Positions 12,102 through 21,930 of a DNA stretch of 64,000 nucleotides are shown here, piece by piece. Each line of letters opens with the position of its first letter. Positions within the stretch are counted from its first letter, which is position 1. A model generated the notes under the pieces. It worked only from the letters and a program-made list of their open reading frames with translations, was not told where the DNA came from and did no database searches. The stretch comes from Thermoanaerobaculia bacterium (GTDB lineage: Bacteria; Acidobacteriota; Thermoanaerobaculia; Multivoradales; JAHEKO01). A program made the position numbers and the translations under genes. The stretch lies in the NCBI GenBank assembly GCA_947259195.1, contig CAMYLC010000021.1:34148-98147 (forward strand). The letters run 5' to 3'.

Positions 12102-12128
12102 CCCGAATTGGTCCCGACGAGACAGAAC

Positions 12129-13148
12129 ATGACAGCGCACGACGAACGCGATCGTAAGGCCGAGCACATTCAGCTGTCTCTCGACGACCGAATGCAGCTA
12201 CATGGCCACTTCTTTGACGCCTATTATTTCGCGCACGAAGCGCTGCCAGAGCTGGATCTCCGGGATGTGCAGATCTCGACCCATTTCCTGGAGAAGGCCA
12301 TCGCAGCTCCCCTTCTGATCTCGTGTATGACGGGTGGGACCGGGGATGCGGTGCGAATCAACCGACACCTGGCGGAGGCTGCAGAGGAAACCGGAATCGC
12401 CTTGGGGGTCGGCTCGCAGCGCAAAGCCCTGGAAGACCCTGGTCTGGTCGAGAGCTTCCAGGTTCGGCGGTGGGCTCCCTCGGTGCCTCTGCTCGCCAAC
12501 CTGGGCGCTGTGCAGCTGAACTACGGCTACGGCGTGAAGGAGTGCCGGGCTGCCGTGGAGATGATCGAGGCCGACGCCCTGGTGCTGCACCTCAATCCCC
12601 TCCAGGAGGCGATCCAGCCCGAAGGGCAGTGTGACTTCACTGATTTGATTTCCAAGGTCGGGAAGATCGTCGAGCAACTCGAAGTGCCGGTTATCGTCAA
12701 GGAAGTCGGCTCGGGGATTTCGGGAAAGCTGGCCACCAGGCTGTGGGATGTCGGAGTGAGGATCGTCGACACTGCCGGGCTGGGAGGTACGAGCTGGGCA
12801 CGTATCGAAGGAGCACGGGCCAGGGATGCGGGAATCGGCGAGCTCTTTGCCGGCTGGGGGATTCCGACGCCGTCGAGCATTCGCCAGATTCGCCACATAC
12901 CTGGTCTCCAGATCATTGGAAGCGGCGGCGTCAGCAACGGCCTCGATGTTGCCAAGGCGATCGCGCTCGGGGCGGATCTGGCAGGAATGGCGCAGCCCTT
13001 CCTGGTCGCAGCCGATCGGTCGACCGAAGCTGTTGTGGACAAAGTCCGGCGCACCTCACGCGAGCTCGGCATCAGCATGTTCTGCGCCGGAGCGCGGAAT
13101 CTAGAGGCCCTGCAGCAGATCGAGCTGCGCCACCGAGGCGAGGACTGA
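12129..13148 (+). CDS. fni: Type 2 isopentenyl-diphosphate isomerase (FMN-dependent)
   Basis: RKAEHI, HEALPE, MTGG, GVGSQR, NLGAVQL, HLNPLQEAIQPEG, KEVGSG, GGTSW, WGIPT. Confidence 0.96.
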   Translation: MTAHDERDRKAEHIQLSLDDRMQLHGHFFDAYYFAHEALPELDLRDVQISTHFLEKAIAAPLLISCMTGGTGDAVRINRHLAEAAEETGIALGVGSQRKALEDPGLVESFQVRRWAPSVPLLANLGAVQLNYGYGVKECRAAVEMIEADALVLHLNPLQEAIQPEGQCDFTDLISKVGKIVEQLEVPVIVKEVGSGISGKLATRLWDVGVRIVDTAGLGGTSWARIEGARARDAGIGELFAGWGIPTPSSIRQIRHIPGLQIIGSGGVSNGLDVAKAIALGADLAGMAQPFLVAADRSTEAVVDKVRRTSRELGISMFCAGARNLEALQQIELRHRGED

Positions 13149-13154
13149 AACACC

Positions 13155-14423
13155 GTGACCTCTTCCAATCAGGCACCCGTGGATCATGAGGAACTGGTTC
13201 GACAGCTGGTCGATGGGGACCGGCGCTGGCATGAGTTGCCGGAGGGGATTCCGGCTCGCAGTCAAGCCGAGATCCGACGTCGTGCCCTGGAGAAGCTGAC
13301 CGGCACCCAGCTCGACAACATCGCTCAGTACACGCTGGATTCGAGTCGGGCTTCGACGCGACATGCCGAGAACTTCATTGGCGCGACGCAGATTCCCGTC
13401 GGCATCTGCGGGCCGCTCAAAGTTAGGGGCACCTTCGTCGACGTCGACGAGGATCTCCACGTACCCCTGGCAACCACCGAGGGAGCCCTGGTAGCCAGCA
13501 TCAATCGAGGCTGTCGGGCGCTGCGCGAAGCCGGAGGGGCAGTCGTGCGCGTCGAGGATGTCGGGATAACTCGGGCACCGGTTTTTCGCACTCTCGGAAT
13601 CGACGAGACTCGGCGTTTTCTCGACTGGGTTGGCGAGAACGAGTCGAAGATACGACAGGTGGCAGAGGCTACTAGTGGGCACCTCGAGCTCATGGATGTC
13701 AAGCCGCAGACTTTTGGCAGCTCGATCTATTTGCGATTTCGCTTCAGATCGGGTGACGCGATGGGAATGAACATGGCGACCATCGCCTGTGACCGGGTCG
13801 TGCGAGACCTCATCGAGCCGGCCACCGGCATTCCCTGCGTGGCGCTGTCGGGCAACTACTGCGTCGACAAAAAGCCCTCGGCGGTGAACTTCCTGGAAGG
13901 CCGGGGCAAGCGGATCTATGCGGAAGTGGTGCTCGAGGGTGGAGTTCTGGAGAGCTGCTTGAAAAGCAACGCGCGGTCGCTCGTGGAAGTGCAGTATCGC
14001 AAGAATCTCCTGGGTTCGATTGCCGCTGGGTCGATGGGGTTCAATGCCCACTATGCGAATGTTCTGGCTGCGGTGTTCATTGCCATGGGCCAGGATGTGG
14101 CGCAGGTGGTCGAAGGTGCGATGGGAGTGACCTGTATCGAGCCCCGTGGTGACGACGCCGTCTTCGCTTCGGTCTATCTGCCCGATGTTCCTCTCGGTGT
14201 CGTCGGAGGCGGCACGGCCCTTGGGCCCCAGCAGGAGGCCCTGAAGGTCATCGGCGCCGTGCCCGATCCAGAGAATCCGGGCGCTGGCGCGATGCGGCTG
14301 GCGGAGATTCTGGGAGCTATGGTTCTGGCTGGCGAGCTCTCACTGCTGGCGGCCTTCACTTCGGGAGACCTGGCTGGCGCCCATGAACAGCTTGGCCGCG
14401 GCGCCATTCCCGACGCCACCTGA
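13155..14423 (+). CDS. hmgA: Class I HMG-CoA reductase (NADPH)
   Basis: ENFIG, PLATTEGALVASINRG, GDAMGMNM, SGNYCVDKKP, GQDVA, GELSL, C-terminal catalytic His (LAGAHEQL). Confidence 0.96.
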   Translation: MTSSNQAPVDHEELVRQLVDGDRRWHELPEGIPARSQAEIRRRALEKLTGTQLDNIAQYTLDSSRASTRHAENFIGATQIPVGICGPLKVRGTFVDVDEDLHVPLATTEGALVASINRGCRALREAGGAVVRVEDVGITRAPVFRTLGIDETRRFLDWVGENESKIRQVAEATSGHLELMDVKPQTFGSSIYLRFRFRSGDAMGMNMATIACDRVVRDLIEPATGIPCVALSGNYCVDKKPSAVNFLEGRGKRIYAEVVLEGGVLESCLKSNARSLVEVQYRKNLLGSIAAGSMGFNAHYANVLAAVFIAMGQDVAQVVEGAMGVTCIEPRGDDAVFASVYLPDVPLGVVGGGTALGPQQEALKVIGAVPDPENPGAGAMRLAEILGAMVLAGELSLLAAFTSGDLAGAHEQLGRGAIPDAT

Positions 14424-14497
14424 AGATCGCTGCCCAGCCTTGAGGAGAGCCCCCCATCGCCTTCCAGAGCGGTTCTGACCTACATGGGGCCTGCCTG

Positions 14498-15577
14498 ATG
14501 CAGCGACGTGTTCTGGCCACCTCCCCAGGCAAGCTCATTCTCATGGGTGAGCACGCCGCGGTCTATGGACGACCGGCGCTGGTTGCGGCCGTCGCACCTC
14601 GAACCCGGATCGAGGTCACTGGCAACAGCGAAGGCATCTTCGTCGACCTTCCAGACCTGGATCGGGAGTTGTGGACCGGCTGGACCGAGCTGAGGCAAGA
14701 GGCGATCGACTCTCGAACCCGCTGGCAAGCCTACTCAGAGAGCCCGACAGCCGAGAGCTTTCAGACGCTGCGGGATCCCGACCCGGCGCACCTCGTCACG
14801 CTCGCTCTAGGAGAGCTGGCGGTCGAGATGGGAACCGATCTGCCGCCGATAGCGCTACGCGTGAAATCGGACCTGCCCATCGGCTCGGGTTTTGGTAGCT
14901 CGGCGGCGGTGGGGGTCGGTTTGGTGGGCGGGATTCTGTGCTTCCTGGAAGGAGAGGTGGATCGGGAGTGCGTAGATCGAGTCGTACTGGAGGTCGAGCG
15001 TCGCCAGCATGGGATGCCATCCGGTGTGGATCACCGAACGGTGCTGCATGGTGGCTTTCTGTGGGCCGAACGGAGTTCTGCTGGGGAGCTTCGTACGGTG
15101 CCGGTTGGAGGCGGCCAGGTCCTGGGCTCGCGGATCCAGGTGCTGCACACCGGCCAGCCGTTGGAGACGACCGGCGATGTGGTGGCGGCGGTGCGGCAAC
15201 GCGCCTCCGAGGACCCAGGCGGTTTCGAGAGGTTGCTGGATCGAATGGAGTCGTGCGTGCGGGATTTTCGACAGTGGCTGGAGAGCGAGTCCGGTGTTGT
15301 CGACGGGGCGATTTCGTCGATCCGTGAGTGTGAGGCCTGTTTAGAGGCCATGGGCGTGGTTCCTGCACCGGTGCGCGAGGCGATTCGAGACGTGGAGGCC
15401 CTTGGCGGGGCCGCCAAGATCTCCGGCGCCGGGGCTCTGTCAGGCGACGCCGCGGGCTGTCTCCTCGTCTGCTGGCCAGATACCTGGGACGGCCGATCAC
15501 TCGAGAGCTTGTCGGCATACAATCGTCAGCATGTGGAGCTGGGCGTCCCCGGATTGAGTTGCGAGGTCGACGGATGA
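14498..15577 (+). CDS. mvk: Mevalonate kinase (GHMP)
   Basis: PGKLILMGEHAAVYG, LPIGSGFGSSAA, HGMPSGVD, AKISGAG. Confidence 0.9.
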   Translation: MQRRVLATSPGKLILMGEHAAVYGRPALVAAVAPRTRIEVTGNSEGIFVDLPDLDRELWTGWTELRQEAIDSRTRWQAYSESPTAESFQTLRDPDPAHLVTLALGELAVEMGTDLPPIALRVKSDLPIGSGFGSSAAVGVGLVGGILCFLEGEVDRECVDRVVLEVERRQHGMPSGVDHRTVLHGGFLWAERSSAGELRTVPVGGGQVLGSRIQVLHTGQPLETTGDVVAAVRQRASEDPGGFERLLDRMESCVRDFRQWLESESGVVDGAISSIRECEACLEAMGVVPAPVREAIRDVEALGGAAKISGAGALSGDAAGCLLVCWPDTWDGRSLESLSAYNRQHVELGVPGLSCEVDG

Positions 15578-16578
15578 TAGGAAAAGCCACGGTCGTCGCA
15601 CCGGCGAACATCGCATTCATCAAATACTGGGGTACGCGGGACTGGAATCAGACTCTGCCGTTCAACCCTTCAGTTTCCATGACCTTGAGGGAGTGTGTCA
15701 CCCGCACGACCGTCGAGATCGTGGATCGCACAGAGGGCGATGCGGTCTTCCTCAGAACGAAGGAGGGATCCCTCGCGCCAGCCACCGAGGCGTTCACTCG
15801 GCGAGTCGAGCCCCACCTCGAGCGACTCCGTGGATGGGCTGGCGAAGAAATCTCGTTTCGGGTCGCCACTGAGAACAGCTTTCCCATGGGGGCCGGGATG
15901 GCTTCCTCGGCATCGGGCTTCGCGGCTCTCACGCTGGCAGTTGTGACGGCCCTCGGTAGGCAGGTGTCGAGCGAGGAGGCGTCTGTGCTGGCGCGTCTCA
16001 GCGGCTCCGGATCAGCATCCAGATCGGTACTGGGCGGCTACGTGAAGTGGCCCGCTGGAGAGGGGCCTGAAGAGGAGCATGCGACACAGCTGGCACCGGC
16101 AGAGCACTGGGACCTGCGTGATGTCGTTGCCGTTCTTCAGGAGCAGGCCAAGGAGGTCTCCTCCCGAGAGGGGCACGAGCGGGCCCCGTCCAGCCCCTAC
16201 TTCGAGCCGAGGCAGAAGCTGCTTCCGCGCCGACTGGAGATCGTCACCCAGGCAATTCTGGAGCGAGACTTTTCGGCCCTTGCACAGACTGTCGAAGAGG
16301 AGGCTATCGACCTCCACCTCATTGCAATGTCCTCGCACCCTCCCATCTTCTACTGGCGGCCCGGCACCCTCGAGGTCCTGGCGGCCATTCGCCGCCTGCG
16401 ACAGGAAGGCGTCGAGGTCTGCGCCACCATGGACGCGGGTGCCAACGTACACATGATCTGCACGCCGGAGTCCGAGACCGCGGTAGCTGATGAGGTCGGA
16501 GCGATACCGGAAGTGAGCTCGCTGATCCACGACGGCGTAGGACAGGGTCCCAGGATCGTCGACGAGCATCTGGGCTGA
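15574..16578 (+). CDS. mvaD: Mevalonate (di)phosphate decarboxylase; probably mevalonate-5-phosphate decarboxylase
   Basis: NIAFIKYWG, NSFPMGAGMASSASG, SGSASRS, TMDAGANVH; adjacent to IPK with no phosphomevalonate kinase in the cluster. Confidence 0.88.
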   Translation: MIGKATVVAPANIAFIKYWGTRDWNQTLPFNPSVSMTLRECVTRTTVEIVDRTEGDAVFLRTKEGSLAPATEAFTRRVEPHLERLRGWAGEEISFRVATENSFPMGAGMASSASGFAALTLAVVTALGRQVSSEEASVLARLSGSGSASRSVLGGYVKWPAGEGPEEEHATQLAPAEHWDLRDVVAVLQEQAKEVSSREGHERAPSSPYFEPRQKLLPRRLEIVTQAILERDFSALAQTVEEEAIDLHLIAMSSHPPIFYWRPGTLEVLAAIRRLRQEGVEVCATMDAGANVHMICTPESETAVADEVGAIPEVSSLIHDGVGQGPRIVDEHLG

Positions 16579-16582
16579 AGCC

Positions 16583-17413
16583 ATGACCGCCGCGATGGAA
16601 GTGGTTCTCGTCAAGCTGGGTGGCAGCCTGATTACCGACAAACGTCGGCCGGAAACGGCGCGAACCGATGTCATCGAGCGCTTGGCTCGTGAGCTCGAAG
16701 AGCTGGACCCGAGCGAGGTGCGTCTGGTTCTGGGTCACGGTAGCGGTTCTTTCGGTCATGTGGCAGCCGCAAGGCACGGCATCCACGAGGGAGTCGAAAC
16801 GCCGGAGAAGCTCCTGGGAGTGACGGAAACCCAGGATCGGGCGGCGACCCTGAACCGACTGGTCATCGGCGCTCTGCGGAGATGCGGAGTCCCCGCCTTC
16901 TCCCTGGCACCGTCGAGCTTTCTCGTCTCAGCAGGTGGGGTGCCCGCAGAGCTCTGGATCGCGCCTCTGCTCGATGCACTGCACCTGGGGATGCTGCCGG
17001 TAGTCCACGGGGACGTGGTCATGGACCGCGAGTTGGGAGCCTCAATCTCATCGACCGAAGCCGTCTTCCTGGCTCTTGCCGAAAGGCTCCAGGCTGGTGA
17101 CGTGATCGTTCGACGCAGCATCTGGCTCGGGGAGACCGACGGCATCTATGACAGCCGGGGCGTGACCATCGAGAAGCTTCCTCTCGACGCTGTTGGGGAG
17201 CTTCTGGACAGACTCGAGGGCGCATCGGGGACCGACGTCACGGGTGGCATGCGGCATCGCCTGGAGACGGCGGCCAGTCTCGCCGAGCTCGGAGTCGAGT
17301 CCTGGATCGCGAATGGTCTGGAACCCGGGGTGCTGGGCCAGATCTTGAAGGGTCGCTGGGCCAAGGGAACGAGGGTGTTGGCTGCGGCTCCGAGGTCCCT
17401 CTCTACCCGTTGA
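16583..17413 (+). CDS. ipk: Isopentenyl phosphate kinase (amino-acid kinase family)
   Basis: KLGGSLITDK, HGSGSFGH (IPK His), PVVHGDV, SSTE, DVTGGM. Confidence 0.92.
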   Translation: MTAAMEVVLVKLGGSLITDKRRPETARTDVIERLARELEELDPSEVRLVLGHGSGSFGHVAAARHGIHEGVETPEKLLGVTETQDRAATLNRLVIGALRRCGVPAFSLAPSSFLVSAGGVPAELWIAPLLDALHLGMLPVVHGDVVMDRELGASISSTEAVFLALAERLQAGDVIVRRSIWLGETDGIYDSRGVTIEKLPLDAVGELLDRLEGASGTDVTGGMRHRLETAASLAELGVESWIANGLEPGVLGQILKGRWAKGTRVLAAAPRSLSTR

Positions 17414-17496
17414 CCTGAGACCGGAAGGAACTGCGGTGCTGAAGCAGCGGGCACGGGCTGCTAGGATGAACGGCAATAGAAGCAAAGAAGGATGAG

Positions 17497-18495
17497 ATGA
17501 GCAGCGAGACAGACAAGGCCTCTGTGGCGACCGAGCAGAGTCGGACCTCCCGTCAGCGCCAGAACGAAAGCGAGCTGCTGCAGGATCTCCTGGTCAAGAC
17601 CAGTCGCACCTTCGCCCTCGCCATTCCGCTGCTACCGGATCCGACGCTGCGCGAGGTTACGATCGCCTATTTGTTGTTCCGTATCGCCGACACCTTCGAA
17701 GACGCCAGTGTGCTGTGGGAGAAGCCGCAGCAGATCAGGGCTCTGGAGGCCTTCGGAGATCTTCTGCGAGACCCATCCGTCGAGCGCGCTCGGGAGCTGT
17801 CCCGTCAGTGGCAAGCCAAACCCTCTTCGGAGCACCCAGGGTACTTGGAGCTGTTGGACAGGACACCGGATGTGATTGCAGCCTTCCTCGAGCTGACTCC
17901 GGGGGCCCAGCGCGTGGTGGCCCATCACACGATCCGCACTGCGGAAGGCATGGCCACCGTCGTGGAGCGGACGGGTTCCGACGGTGTCTTGCGACTGGAT
18001 AGCATTCCCGAGCTGCAGGACTACTGCTACATCGTTGCTGGCATCGTCGGTGAGATGCTCACTGACCTGTTTCTCCTGGAGCGACCATCTCTGGAGCCGA
18101 TCGCCGACTATCTGCGTCAGCGGTCGGTGGCATTCGGTGAGGGTCTGCAGCTGGTCAATATTCTCAAGGACTCGGCCGATGACAGCGTCGAAGGCCGCAA
18201 CTACCTGCCCTACGACATCGAGCGCCAGGAGGTGTTCGAACTGGCCCGGCAGGATCTCGAGGCGGCCACGGACTACACCTTCGCGATTCAGCAGGCGGGA
18301 GGGCCGGATGGGTTGGTCCTGTTTACAGGCCTTCCTGTAGCTCTGGCCTGGGCGACTCTCGACAAGGTGGAGAAGGACGGGCCTGGAGCGAAGATCGGTC
18401 GCGTGGAGGTCTTGGCGATTCACAGTCGCCTGAAGAGGGCGGTAGCCGCCGGCCGGCCGGCAATCCGAGTCCCGAGCACTAGAAGAACGGCCTGA
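17497..18495 (+). CDS. Single-enzyme squalene synthase (farnesyl-diphosphate farnesyltransferase)
   Basis: SRTFALAI, YLLFRIADTFED, DYCYIVAGIVGEMLT, FGEGLQLVNILKD...EGRNYLP. Confidence 0.88.
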   Translation: MSSETDKASVATEQSRTSRQRQNESELLQDLLVKTSRTFALAIPLLPDPTLREVTIAYLLFRIADTFEDASVLWEKPQQIRALEAFGDLLRDPSVERARELSRQWQAKPSSEHPGYLELLDRTPDVIAAFLELTPGAQRVVAHHTIRTAEGMATVVERTGSDGVLRLDSIPELQDYCYIVAGIVGEMLTDLFLLERPSLEPIADYLRQRSVAFGEGLQLVNILKDSADDSVEGRNYLPYDIERQEVFELARQDLEAATDYTFAIQQAGGPDGLVLFTGLPVALAWATLDKVEKDGPGAKIGRVEVLAIHSRLKRAVAAGRPAIRVPSTRRTA

Positions 18496-20084
18496 TGAGT
18501 CGCTCGCTGCGTCGCTTCTCTTCTTGCCTAATCCTCCAGGTTCTGTGCTTCGCGGTGGCTGGTGCCCAGATCTGGGCTGGCGAGGCCGTGGTGCGGGGCG
18601 TCGTAACGGATATCGACGGCCATCCCATTGCAGGGGCACAGGTCGCTCTGGCGCTCGTGGATCAGCCAGGCGCCGGCCCGAGGACCGTCAAGACCGACAA
18701 CCAGGGTCGCTGGAGGATCGGGGGCATTGCGGAAGGGCGATGGGATCTCGTCATCGAGGCGCGAGGCTTCGTGTCTGTGGAGGGCTGGGTACAGAGTGCC
18801 GGACGGTACTCGGAGCCTGTCGAAGTCTGGATGCGCCCCCTGGAAGAAGTAACGGCCGGATTCGCCGAGAGCTCATCGTCGATCAGAAGGTGGCTGGCGA
18901 AGGCCAACACGCTGCTGGAACAGGGTCACTATGACGAGGCGCGCACGGAATACGAGAGGGCCCTGGGAGCGCTACCCAGGTCTTCGCAGCCGGAGGTCTT
19001 GAGGTCGATCGCCAGAACCCACTACTTGCAGGGCGATCAAGAGGGCGCGATCCGGACCCTGCAATGGGCGCTGGTGGTCTCTCCGGCTGATACGCACTCC
19101 TATCAGCTGTACACGACTCTGATGGGACAGTTGGGGAGAGGCCCAGAAGCTGGGAGGTTCTTGAACGATCTCGAGGTAAGAACTCCGACGGAGCTGACCC
19201 AGATGGCCGACGAGTACTCTGCTGCTCTCCCGAAGGTCGAGACCCGGACTTCGTCGCTTGCCGAACGCCCCGAGATTCCAATTGAAGAGCCGATGGCTGG
19301 CAGAACGGGTTCCTATCGCGTCCGGTTCGTGGAGAAGAGCCCCCGTTCGTCGCTGGAGGTGCTCCTACAACGTCTGAACCTCGATCGCGCCGACGTCGAG
19401 GCCGCCGACCACTCCGGGGGGGCCTACGCACTGATAGACGAGAGCTTCAGGGTATACGTGCCGCCTTCGTACTCTCCCGATGCCGGCTTCGGATTGCTGG
19501 TGTGGATCAGCCCGACTCCTTTCGGCGGCTTCGTTGCTGCTGAGATGCGTCAGGCGCTCGACAGGAACCGCCTCATCTGGGTGGGAGCCGACAATGCCGG
19601 CAATGGCCGAGCTCGCTGGTATCGTTACCTCCTCGCTCTGGATGCGGTGCACAACATCGATAAGCTCTATTCCGTCGATGACGACCAGGTATTCGTCGGT
19701 GGCTACTCGGGCGGCGGGAGGGTCACCAGTGGCCTGGCGATGCTCTACTCGGAGGTCTTTCAAGGTGGATTCTCGATGTTTGGATGCGATTATCCAGAGC
19801 GCCTGTCGGTGCCGGACAAGCCCGGGGCTCACTGGCCGCCAGGATTTCCAGCGCCCCCGAAATCGGAGCTGCACCAGGTGAAGTCAAGCAGCCGATTCGT
19901 GCTGCTCACGGGCCAGCTCGACTTCAATCGCGCCCAGACCCGCAAGACCTATCTGAAGATGCTCGACGACGGCTTCGAGCACGTCCTCTACCTGCAAGTG
20001 CCAAGTGCCAGTCACTACGATCACCCCGACGAGGAATCACTGACCGAGGGCTTCCGCTTCCTCACCTCCGCCTCCCAGGAATGA
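18495..20084 (+). CDS. Exported multidomain protein: carboxypeptidase-regulatory-like domain, TPR, alpha/beta-hydrolase
   Basis: Signal peptide; VRGVVTDIDGHPIAGAQV; TPR helices; nucleophile elbow GGYSGGG, TGQLDFN and C-terminal His. Confidence 0.7.
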   Translation: MSRSLRRFSSCLILQVLCFAVAGAQIWAGEAVVRGVVTDIDGHPIAGAQVALALVDQPGAGPRTVKTDNQGRWRIGGIAEGRWDLVIEARGFVSVEGWVQSAGRYSEPVEVWMRPLEEVTAGFAESSSSIRRWLAKANTLLEQGHYDEARTEYERALGALPRSSQPEVLRSIARTHYLQGDQEGAIRTLQWALVVSPADTHSYQLYTTLMGQLGRGPEAGRFLNDLEVRTPTELTQMADEYSAALPKVETRTSSLAERPEIPIEEPMAGRTGSYRVRFVEKSPRSSLEVLLQRLNLDRADVEAADHSGGAYALIDESFRVYVPPSYSPDAGFGLLVWISPTPFGGFVAAEMRQALDRNRLIWVGADNAGNGRARWYRYLLALDAVHNIDKLYSVDDDQVFVGGYSGGGRVTSGLAMLYSEVFQGGFSMFGCDYPERLSVPDKPGAHWPPGFPAPPKSELHQVKSSSRFVLLTGQLDFNRAQTRKTYLKMLDDGFEHVLYLQVPSASHYDHPDEESLTEGFRFLTSASQE

Positions 20085-20102
20085 CGACACGCCGAGAGAT
20101 TT

Positions 20103-20182
20103 CAAGACCTCGAGACCCCAGGACCTCAGGACCTCAGGAGCGCAGAATCCCAGGACCCCGAGACCCCAGGACCTCACGCCCC
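20103..20182. repeat. Degenerate 8-bp tandem repeat (consensus CAGGACCY, ~10 units)
   Basis: caagacct cgagaccc caggacct caggacct caggagcg cagaatcc caggaccc cgagaccc caggacct cacgcccc. Confidence 0.85.
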
Positions 20183-20229
20183 TACGCCTCATATCATGGG
20201 TTAGGATCAACCCAACGAAGGAGACTGCA

Positions 20230-21075
20230 ATGAAGAAGATCGATCGCAGATCCGGCTCGAGGGCCGGTGTGGGGTTCTGCTTTCTGGTGCTGGCTTGTGT
20301 CGGCCTGCGGTCCAATCTTCAGGCAGAGGTTGTTTTCTACGATCCCAACGGAGAACCGCTACCGTTCGAGACCTTCGAGGAGGTCGAGGACTTCCTGGAG
20401 ACGGCCGACATCGCGTGGAAAGAGAAGCTCGCGTCGGGGACAAACAAGAAGAAACGCAAGGTGATGCTGGAGAAGGGCGGCGTGCAGGCGCACGCCATCC
20501 TCCGCACGGGCTACGAGATCAAGGATTCTCCAGGTGGCGGGTTCGTCGATTCTTGCCATTCCGAGGTCGCGGCCTATCAACTGAGTCGCCTGCTGGGTCT
20601 GGAGAGCGTTCCGCCGGCTGTGCGGCGTAAGGGCGGTACCATCCAGATCTGGGTCGAGAACGCGACGACGGATGCCTCTCGCAGAGAGAAGGGGACCGAG
20701 CCGGAGGACCCGACGGCCTTCGAGCAGCAGGTGCAGGTGATGGGGGTGTTCGACAATCTGATCGCCAACACGGATCGAAACCCGGGCAACATCCTGATCG
20801 ATGGAGACGGCAAGGTCTGGCTCATCGACCACACCCGCAGTTTCGCCGGCCAGACAGAGCTCAAATACCCCGAGAAGATCACGGGACTTGACCGCGGGGT
20901 GTGGGAGCGCCTGCAGGCTTTGTCCGATGCCGCACTCAAAGAGGCCATGCGACCCTATCTTCGTCAGTATCAGAACGAGCTGCTGGTGCGCCGCGAGCTC
21001 CTCGTGCAGGCGATCCAGAGCCAGATCGACAGCCTAGGCGAAGACGCCGTGCTTTTCGAGTCGGCTCCCCGCTGA
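20230..21075 (+). CDS. Exported atypical kinase-fold protein (PI4K/Fam20/HipA-like), paralog 1
   Basis: Signal peptide ending LQA; SEVAAYQLSRLLGL, VPP, GTIQIW, FDNLIANTDRNPGN, WLIDHTRSF. Confidence 0.75.
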   Translation: MKKIDRRSGSRAGVGFCFLVLACVGLRSNLQAEVVFYDPNGEPLPFETFEEVEDFLETADIAWKEKLASGTNKKKRKVMLEKGGVQAHAILRTGYEIKDSPGGGFVDSCHSEVAAYQLSRLLGLESVPPAVRRKGGTIQIWVENATTDASRREKGTEPEDPTAFEQQVQVMGVFDNLIANTDRNPGNILIDGDGKVWLIDHTRSFAGQTELKYPEKITGLDRGVWERLQALSDAALKEAMRPYLRQYQNELLVRRELLVQAIQSQIDSLGEDAVLFESAPR

Positions 21076-21123
21076 AGCGGTTCCAGCGCACGAGGCAGCC
21101 AGGCCTAGTCGTTCGAGAACCCC

Positions 21124-21912
21124 ATGAACCGACGATTCGTCGACTACGACCGGATTGCCGAGAGCTACGATCAGCGTTACGCGCTGAATCGATTGGATGG
21201 GGTCGCACAAGCTCTCGACGAGAGGGTCAGGCAATCAGCGGCCGAGACGATCCTGGATGTCGGCTGCGGCACAGGCAGATGGCTATCCGAGTTGGCTCCG
21301 ATGGCAGGTATCGCCCTGGGGCTGGATCGCTCGTTGGCAATGCTGCTCAGGGTACCTGCAAGCAATGGGCGGGAAGCTCTGGTGTGCGCGTCGGGTGACA
21401 ACATCCCTTTCTGCGATTCCTCTGTCGACTTCGTCTCCTGTGTCAACGTGATCCACCACCTGGCTGTCCCCTCATCCTTTGTCTCTGATGCGGTCCGACT
21501 GCTGCGATCCAAAGGTACACTCGCAGTCGTTGGCCTGGATCCGCATCAGGAGCGAGATCGCTGGTATCTATACGACTACTTCCCGGAAGCCCGAGACCTC
21601 GATCTTCAACGCTATCCCTCCGCCGACCAGCTGCGGACATGGATGACCGCTTCAGGTCTCGAAGGCATCGAGACAGTCGAGGTCGAGCGAATCCAGAGGC
21701 GATTCACCGGCGGCGAGATCCTCGAAGACTACTTTCTTCAGCGCAAGGCCAGCTCTCAACTGGCAATCCTGTCCGATGAGGCGTGGGCACAGGGTCTCCA
21801 TCGGATCCGCCGGGCCATCCAGGAAGGGGAGGACCAGCGAAAACCCCCGGTTTTCGAGGTGGACCTGGCCCTGTTCCTGGTATGCGGCTGGAAGCTTCCT
21901 GCCCAGAGCTAG
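21124..21912 (+). CDS. Class I SAM-dependent methyltransferase
   Basis: ILDVGCGTG, GLDRSLAML, IPFCDSSVD. Confidence 0.88.
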   Translation: MNRRFVDYDRIAESYDQRYALNRLDGVAQALDERVRQSAAETILDVGCGTGRWLSELAPMAGIALGLDRSLAMLLRVPASNGREALVCASGDNIPFCDSSVDFVSCVNVIHHLAVPSSFVSDAVRLLRSKGTLAVVGLDPHQERDRWYLYDYFPEARDLDLQRYPSADQLRTWMTASGLEGIETVEVERIQRRFTGGEILEDYFLQRKASSQLAILSDEAWAQGLHRIRRAIQEGEDQRKPPVFEVDLALFLVCGWKLPAQS

Positions 21913-21930
21913 AATGGCAGGTGGCCGCCG

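Noticed and set aside
20103-20182. CRISPR array
   Set aside because: 8-bp units with no spacers and no cas genes.
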